Source: Octopus bimaculoides (Eukaryota). Taken from it: a stretch of DNA of 52,938 nt. Numbering within the stretch: position 1 is the first letter of the stretch; each line of letters begins with the position of its first letter. Below are positions 48,319 to 52,938 of this stretch, one piece after another. The DNA lies in NCBI RefSeq assembly GCF_001194135.2, contig NC_068984.1, forward strand, positions 102,603,760-102,656,697. The letters run 5' to 3'. Position numbers and translations under genes: made by a program. The notes beneath the pieces are model-generated. The model worked only from the letters and a program-made list of their open reading frames with translations, was not told the origin of the DNA and did no database searches.

Positions 48319-49209
48319 ATTATTACATACATTAGTATAAGATGAAATATACCTCAAAATATTAGTTCAATCATCAGTGGTTAACGAGTACTTGACCTTA
48401 GTATACTCATTTCCTCCTCCATTTCTCCCTCTGTAATGATGCTGAACGAAGGCAAAAATCATTTCGTTCCTATGCTACTACCTTTGATTCATTATGAAGC
48501 TTCACAGTTTAATATGGTCACGCATTAACATATACATACACGGTAAACAGTTTGGAAATTGTATTTGTCTAAAACCATATAATAAACCATTTTCTGTATG
48601 ATATATAGTAATCTTTTAAAAATATATTGTAAATTATTTAGATTTTATAATTAATATTTATAGTTTTAGTATTGGAAGATTTTGCTTATCTTTCCACCCA
48701 GGCAGCACACACACACATACACACACACACATTCACATATTGAGGGTTCACGTGTATGAGTACATGTGAAATTGTGTCTTTGTCAGATGATTAAAACAAA
48801 ACTGTCAGAAATTTGCCTTCAAGTTTGGATTTATTGGTTTAATATTTATACAATATTTGATATATTTCCTCGTGTCAGTCCAAAATATTATTTGGTAAAA
48901 TAAACAAATAGAGAGAGGCCATTTATTGACTACCACTGGAATAATATATTGCATTCAATACTAGATTAATAACTTGTTGATTTAGTATAGTGAATGAGCT
49001 TCTGTCCTTTGTTAAATATAATGTAATAAAATGCCAGAATCTATATATTATCATGTAATATACTGACCAGTTGGTACAGATACAGAACAAGTAGGACGAC
49101 TGCATATATTTACTAGTTGTTTGTTTTCTTGTCTACAAAAATGATTATATAGCGGACAAATAATTAAACGCACTCGTTGACACAGCCACATAAGCTATTG
49201 TCTATACAG

Positions 49210-49304
49210 GAACCTGCGTCATGCTTACAGGAGGTCAACATATTGTTGATGAGGATCTACAGAATGAAATTCTATGGAAATTAGTTGATGCCATATTACA
49301 GTTG
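49210..49304 (+). other. Candidate isolated exon, unidentified
   Basis: TATACAG|GA...TTG|GTTATG, 95 nt open: TCVMLTGGQHIVDEDLQNEILWKLVDAILQL. Confidence 0.2.
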
Positions 49305-50691
49305 GTTATGTCTTAACAGATCTGCGATCATAGAGTGATTGTTATTTTTTTTTTTGTTTTTTATTGTCTATAGGCGAGATTTTGTTGACATAAATATGGA
49401 ATTCAAGATATGAATTAAAACAATCTTTATAAGGTGTGTCACCAACGAGATTTAGTGATGAAAAATAGTTAACGGAAACTCGAACCAAAATGATGATATG
49501 TACAATCCGTGAGTCTATCTGTATTCCACATTAGTCATTCGATATGGAAGAAGAATACTAAATTTTAGATCAGTAAAATTCCCTGTGGAATTTATATACG
49601 GCCTACATATTTTACTGGTTATATTTCACTGTAGAACCAATCAATAACTGTCATGTTTCTCAGTTCATATTATATGTATATTACAATTTTAAATATACTA
49701 ATATACTACTAGTAATAATACCGAGCAAGTTTACACCCTGAGCCGTTTTATGAGCTAATATATTATACTCACATCTGTACGATAAACATACGTACATATG
49801 TATCATACAGATGTATGTAAAAGATAAAGACCCACTTCGGTCATGAATGACTATGAGATTGCACCTAGAAACAAACATGGCAGGTCGTTAGACCAGAACG
49901 AGGGTAAAATAGCGAAGGCTGGAGAAATATTTTCTTTGACAAGAGAAAAGATAGTAGAGAGAGAGATAGGATACGGCCAGTTCTTAGGACCGTTCCGAAA
50001 GAAAAGAAAGATGATCAGGTGGAGAAAAGAAGGAGAAACGATGGTCACATGTGAGCTACGAGAGAGAGAGACATATAGAAAACGGTGAAGGGGAGAAAAC
50101 GGGAATTAGAAAAAGGATGAGAGAGAAAACGATGGGGAAGAAAAACAGTATAGAGTAGAGTAGAGTCGCATCAAAAAGGTTAAGATAAACTTGGAAATGG
50201 ATGCGTTGTTTCTCTTATTGTTTGCGTATTGAACTCATTTGTTTTCGTATTTCATGCTGTTTACTGTTGGAGACGTGCTGTACCCATATATGCATATGTA
50301 TATATGTATATATATATGTGTATGCATATATATANNNNNNNNNNNNNNNNNNNNNNNNNNNNNNNNNNNNNNNNNNNNNNNNNNNNNNNNNNNNNNNNNN
50401 NNNNNNNNNNNNNNNNNNNNNNNNNNNNNNNNNNNNNNNNNNNNNNNNNNNNNNNNNNNNNNNNNNNNNNNNNNNNNNNNNNNNNNNNNNNNNNNNNNNN
50501 NNNNNNNNNNNNNNNNNNNNNNNNNNNNNNNNNNNNNNNNNNNNNNNNNNNNNNNNNNNNNNNNNNNNNNNNNNNNNNNNNNNNNNNNNNNNNNNNNNNN
50601 NNNNNNNNNNNNNNNNNNNNNNNNNNNNNNNNNNNNNNNNNNNNNNNNNNNNNNNNNNNNNNNNNNNNNNNNNNNNNNNNNNNNNNNNNNN

Positions 50692-50749
<58 letters not shown>

Positions 50750-51270
50750 AGAGAGATAGAGATAGAGACAGACAAACAGAGACACACAGGCAGACAGAGA
50801 CAGACGAACAGAGAGCTTAGCTTGATAAACTAGTGTTATAGAAAAACTGTTCGGTACTATTGAGAAAGCAAATTGTAACGTTGTTGCAATTATATGAAGA
50901 AAGGTACTTCGCAGGTTTTCTACTGGACAGTTTTCTTTTGTTTATGCTGGCTATCGAAGCTGCGATACTTTACGTGCCACTCAATTTATTATTAAAGATC
51001 TGATAACAATATTTTACAGGGAAATGCTTTCTGATCAGGTTAATGAAATCTGGTAATTAAGAACTGAAACTCAAGTGTCTGTGTGTGTGGGCATTTGTGT
51101 ACGCGTGTGTATCTCTGTGTGTGCGTGTTTAAGTATGTGTGCGTGTGTAGTCCTTATGAGATATCATCTCAAGGGAAATTATGCACTACTTTGTGTTCTA
51201 ACACAACCTGCATGTAAAGCTGGAGATCGAGATTACCTTTTGGTATTAATATTGCTTCTGTCGGTATAAT

Positions 51271-51309
<39 letters not shown>

Positions 51310-52840
51310 CGTATGTACGTATGTATGTATGTATGCATGTATGTATACATGATTATAAATATATGATTATAAATATATATATATATGTATATATATATGT
51401 ATATATATATGTATATATATGTATATATATATNNNNNNNNNNNNNNNNNNNNNNNNNNNNNNNNNNNNNNNNNNNNNNNNNNNNNNNNNNNNNNNNNNNN
51501 NNNNNNNNNNNNNNNNNNNNNNNNNNNNNNNNNNNNNNNNNNNNNNNNNNNNNNNNNNNNNNNNNNNNNNNNNNNNNNNNNNNNNNNNNNNNNNNNNNNN
51601 NNNNNNNNNNNNNNNNNNNNNNNNNNNNNNNNNNNNNNNNNNNNNNNNNNNNNNNNNNNNNNNNNNNNNNNNNNNNNNNNNNNNNNNNNNNNNNNNNNNN
51701 NNNNNNNNNNNNNNNNNNNNNNNNNNNNNNNNNNNNNNNNNNNNNNNNNNNNNNNNNNNNNNNNNNNNNNNNNNNNNNNNNNNNNNNNNNNNNNNNNNNN
51801 NNNNNNNNNNNNNNNNNNNNNNNNNNNNNNNNNNNNNNNNNNNNNNNNNNNNNNNNNNNNNNNNNNNNNNNNNNNNNNNNNNNNNNNNNNNNNNNNNNNN
51901 NNNNNNNNNNNNNNNNNNNNNNNNNNNNNNNNNNNNNNNNNNNNNNNNNNNNNNNNNNNNNNNNNNNNNNNNNNNNNNNNNNNNNNNNNNNNNNNNNNNN
52001 NNNNNNNNNNNNNNNNNNNNNNNNNNNNNNNNNNNNNNNNNNNNNNNNNNNNNNNNNNNNNNNNNNNNNNNNNNNNNNNNNNNNNNNNNNNNNNNNNNNN
52101 NNNNNNNNNNNNNNNNNNNNNNNNNNNNNNNNNNNNNNNNNNNNNNNNNNNNNNNNNNNNNNNNNNNNNNNNNNNNNNNATATATACACACACACACACA
52201 CATACACACACACACACATACACACATATATGGTTTGTGTATGATTGTGTGTGTATGGAGATAAATCAAGGTTGTTTGGTATTATATCAGAGCATTTTAA
52301 TTACTCTATTAATTGATTGGCTGATTCAAAGATTCTTAATTTGTTACTTAAATGTATTTATGACTAATCAATGAACCACTCAAATATATTTACGAAAAAT
52401 TGTTAATGTATATATATATTTAAATTAGCGCAAAGTTCACTTTATAGTAAATTGCAATTAAACTTCATCCTTCGTTTAAAATCTTTAGCTTTATTTTCAT
52501 ATTTAGAAAGAATAATGTTGGACGAAGTTATGTACATAAGCTACAAGAAAAACAGTTAAATAGGACTAATACTTATAATATAGCCCTGCTGTTTTCAGTT
52601 TATTAAAATTACACACGTGAAGAAGAAAGAAAACATTATCTCCAACGTATCACTGGGGTTAAGAGCATAGGAGATAACTTTGAATGAAGAAGTACAAGGG
52701 GAAGCAAATGTGACGCCCACTCCAGAAATAATATTGGCAGAGTATTGTTAGTCTTTGGATCCAAATCCTTTAATTATATGTCTGCTTTATCAGGGTTGAA
52801 CTGAAAGTAAATACCAACAATAACTATGCCTTTGAGTTGC

Positions 52841-52864
52841 ACATACATACACACACACATGCTC

Positions 52865-52938
<74 letters not shown>
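52841..52938. repeat. (AC)n microsatellite at the window end
   Basis: Direct reading. Confidence 0.95.

Noticed and set aside
48398-48442. 45-nt minus-strand micro-exon candidate IITEGEMEEEMSILR
   Set aside because: The donor is weak (GTCAAG) and there is no partner exon. It is on the opposite strand from the kinase-like remnant.

Overview
AT-rich, microsatellite-dense animal genomic DNA from a gappy short-read scaffold (12 N-gaps, most flanked by simple repeats). The repeat content suggests a coleoid cephalopod, probably an octopus; this is an inference and was not database-checked. No intact host protein-coding gene can be supported, and most long ORFs in the track are microsatellite or N read-through artefacts. 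The window is mainly decayed mobile elements. Retroelements: RLE-type LINEs (R4/Dong-like lineages in (AAT)n and (TATG)n arrays, plus one HERO-like fragment), RTE-like LINE fragments, and at least four tRNA-derived SINE families, one with about 14 copies. DNA transposons: two mariners, a TIR-bounded Tc1, two hAT-type MITEs, a FLYWCH-MULE remnant and a Helitron helicase remnant. The most unusual structure is at 5.57-6.25 kb, where a LINE copy has a clean internal inversion with TTAGGG-type telomeric repeats of opposite polarity at both junctions. Also notable are LINE lineages partitioned by microsatellite, a head-to-tail SINE stack punctuated by one AATATTATTT motif and ending in an inverted copy, and a hAT MITE that appears to carry an end-less LINE fragment.
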